This document shows positions 31,801 to 32,000 of a stretch of 32,000 nt of DNA, one piece after another. The notes beneath the pieces are model-generated. The model saw only the letters and a list, made by a program, of their open reading frames with translations. It did no database searches and was not told the DNA's origin. Source of the DNA: Candidatus Saccharimonadota bacterium (lineage in GTDB: Bacteria > Patescibacteriota > Saccharimonadia > Saccharimonadales > UBA4665); assembly GCA_016700375.1 (NCBI GenBank), contig CP065016.1, positions 960,001 to 992,000 of the forward strand, read 5' to 3'. The translations under genes were made by a program, and so were the position numbers. The number at the start of each line of letters is the position of its first letter. The stretch's first letter is position 1.

Positions 31801-32000
31801 CTCGCTTGCCAGCAATAATCTCAGCATACTAAACGGCAACAGCGTTTCACTGGCTGGCTACCTCGACAACACCGATAGTCAAACGCTTAGCTACAACACC
31901 GGCACGCATGTACTGAGCATTTCTGGCGGTAACACACAAGACCTCAGCAATCTGCTAGACAACACCGACGCCCAGGCCATTTCGCGCACCGGCAACACGG
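28892..32000 (+). CDS. Giant N-terminally anchored surface repeat protein (more than 1036 aa in window; 3' end beyond window)
   Basis: My manual translation from the ATG at 28892 gives an uninterrupted frame to the window edge. The ORF track omits it because there is no stop. An N-terminal TM/signal-anchor (MVPTAIIVFFILFTFF) is followed by about two dozen degenerate repeats ending in YLDNTDA. Confidence 0.85.
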   Translation, partial: MQAYTPPDTKATRAEYGWRYIFTRMVPTAIIVFFILFTFFPDFGSPVSNLRRLGEGSGRLSSEQQKQSALTVATGLQQLQASGQLGSYLQLSGGGVNGQTLSWDEQLHLLTISNGNTVDLGSLVAAGGQTLTKSGNTLGLEGSTTTVDLASYLDNTDAQTLSLNGATLTVSGGNSINLAPINTDSQNLSLSGTTLNISGGAGVDIASINTDVLAGLSCSVGQVVQWDGSAWGCASPAASSDAQTLNLAGNNLNILNGNSVSLAGYLDNTDSQALSLGGNTLSLVNGGSVNLAAYLDNTDVLASLACGVNQVAKWNGSNWACAADNDTTTNESQVDAWVANNGYLTSEVDGSTSNELQSLSWNGGTHILTISSGNTADLGSLLDNTDAQAISRTGNTISITGSASTIDLSPYLDNTDAQAISRTGNTLSITGNASTVDLASYLDNTDAQTLSLAGTTLTVSGGNSIDLAPINTDAQTLSLAGTNLSVSGGNTINIASINTDVLAGLSCATNQIAKWNGSAWACAADVDTVLNEAQVDAYANNNGYLTSEVDGSITNEIQSLSLVADVLSVSGGNSVNLASYLDNTDAQTLSWNSGAAILTIAGGNTANLSSLLDNTDAQAISKTGNTLSITGNASTVDLSGYLDNTDTLASLSCSNGQVAQWNGSAWVCANAAVDTDQQTLSLASNNLSISGGNSVSLASYLDNTDAQAISKAGNVLSISGNASTVDLSGYLDNTDSQALSLGGNTLSLVNGGSVNLAAYLDNTDVLAGLSCSNNQIPKWNGSAWTCAADVDTVLNEAQVDAYANNNGYLTSEVDGSTSNELQTLTWNSGTHILTISSGNTADLGSLLDNTDAQAISKTGNTLSITGNASTVDLASYLDNTDSQTLGLAGTTLTVSGGNSIDLAPINTDSQNLSLTGTTLNISGGTGVDIASINTDVLAGLSCSTNQIAKWNGSAWTCAADVDTNTDAQTLSLASNNLSILNGNSVSLAGYLDNTDSQTLSYNTGTHVLSISGGNTQDLSNLLDNTDAQAISRTGNT
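29190..32000 (+). repeat. In-frame tandem repeat array (units of 81-93 nt) within the giant ORF
   Basis: The approximate unit consensus is Q-[TA]-[LI]-S-[LRK]-x-G-N-T-L-S-[IV]-[ST]-G-[GN]-x-S-[VI]-[DN]-L-[AS]-x-[YIL]-[LN]-(D)-N-T-D-[AS]. I count at least 23 units. The whole region reads in one frame only. Confidence 0.9.

Noticed and set aside
29190-32000. The periodic ~81-93-nt repeats could be mistaken for a CRISPR array or a non-coding satellite.
   Set aside because: The units are degenerate rather than identical and there is no repeat/spacer alternation. All units stay in one open reading frame, with conservation strongest at the protein level.
1-32000. Alternative genetic code (UGA recoding, as in some CPR lineages), and any tRNA or rRNA genes.
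   Set aside because: Several well-defined genes (ruvB, tsaE, the transposase) terminate at TGA at the expected length, so the standard bacterial code fits. All intergenic gaps are under ~200 nt and none shows tRNA-like cloverleaf features that I could recognise by eye.

Overview
The window looks like a gene-dense, standard-code (TGA is used as a stop) chromosome segment from a small-genome, Gram-positive-like bacterium. The gene content resembles Saccharibacteria/CPR-type genomes, but that is inference only and cannot be verified here. Housekeeping genes include ruvB, recA, recX, tsaE, tsaB, rny, a Nudix hydrolase, an aldo/keto reductase and a hexose-6-P epimerase. They are interleaved with four other kinds of content. 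(1) A 9-kb minus-strand type IV pilus operon runs pilB-pilC-pilA, then two minor pilins, a large PilX-N-domain protein, pilM-pilN-pilO and a small membrane protein. (2) There are three mobile or repeat systems. One is an intact IS4-family IS with perfect 21-bp ends and a 9-bp target duplication, inserted in the 3' end of ruvB. The second is a 126-bp MITE with the same 20-bp ends and its own 9-bp duplication, 17.5 kb away behind tsaE. The third is an IS200-like/RAYT tyrosine transposase gene bracketed by two inverted copies of a perfect palindrome. (3) Cell-surface genes include a lamin-tail-domain protein and a sortase next to a putative substrate with an APDTG-type sorting signal. (4) From 28892 to the right edge runs a very large, still-open ORF built from about two dozen in-frame ~27-31-aa repeats, interrupted by six Cys-x14-Cys 'WNGS' loop modules. 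The supplied ORF track misses it because it has no stop codon in the window. No rRNA, tRNA or CRISPR was recognised. The items most worth follow-up are the giant repeat protein, the IS/MITE pair, the RAYT/REP module, an orphan 491-aa protein with a J-domain-like C-terminus, and the large Cys-rich pilus-associated protein.
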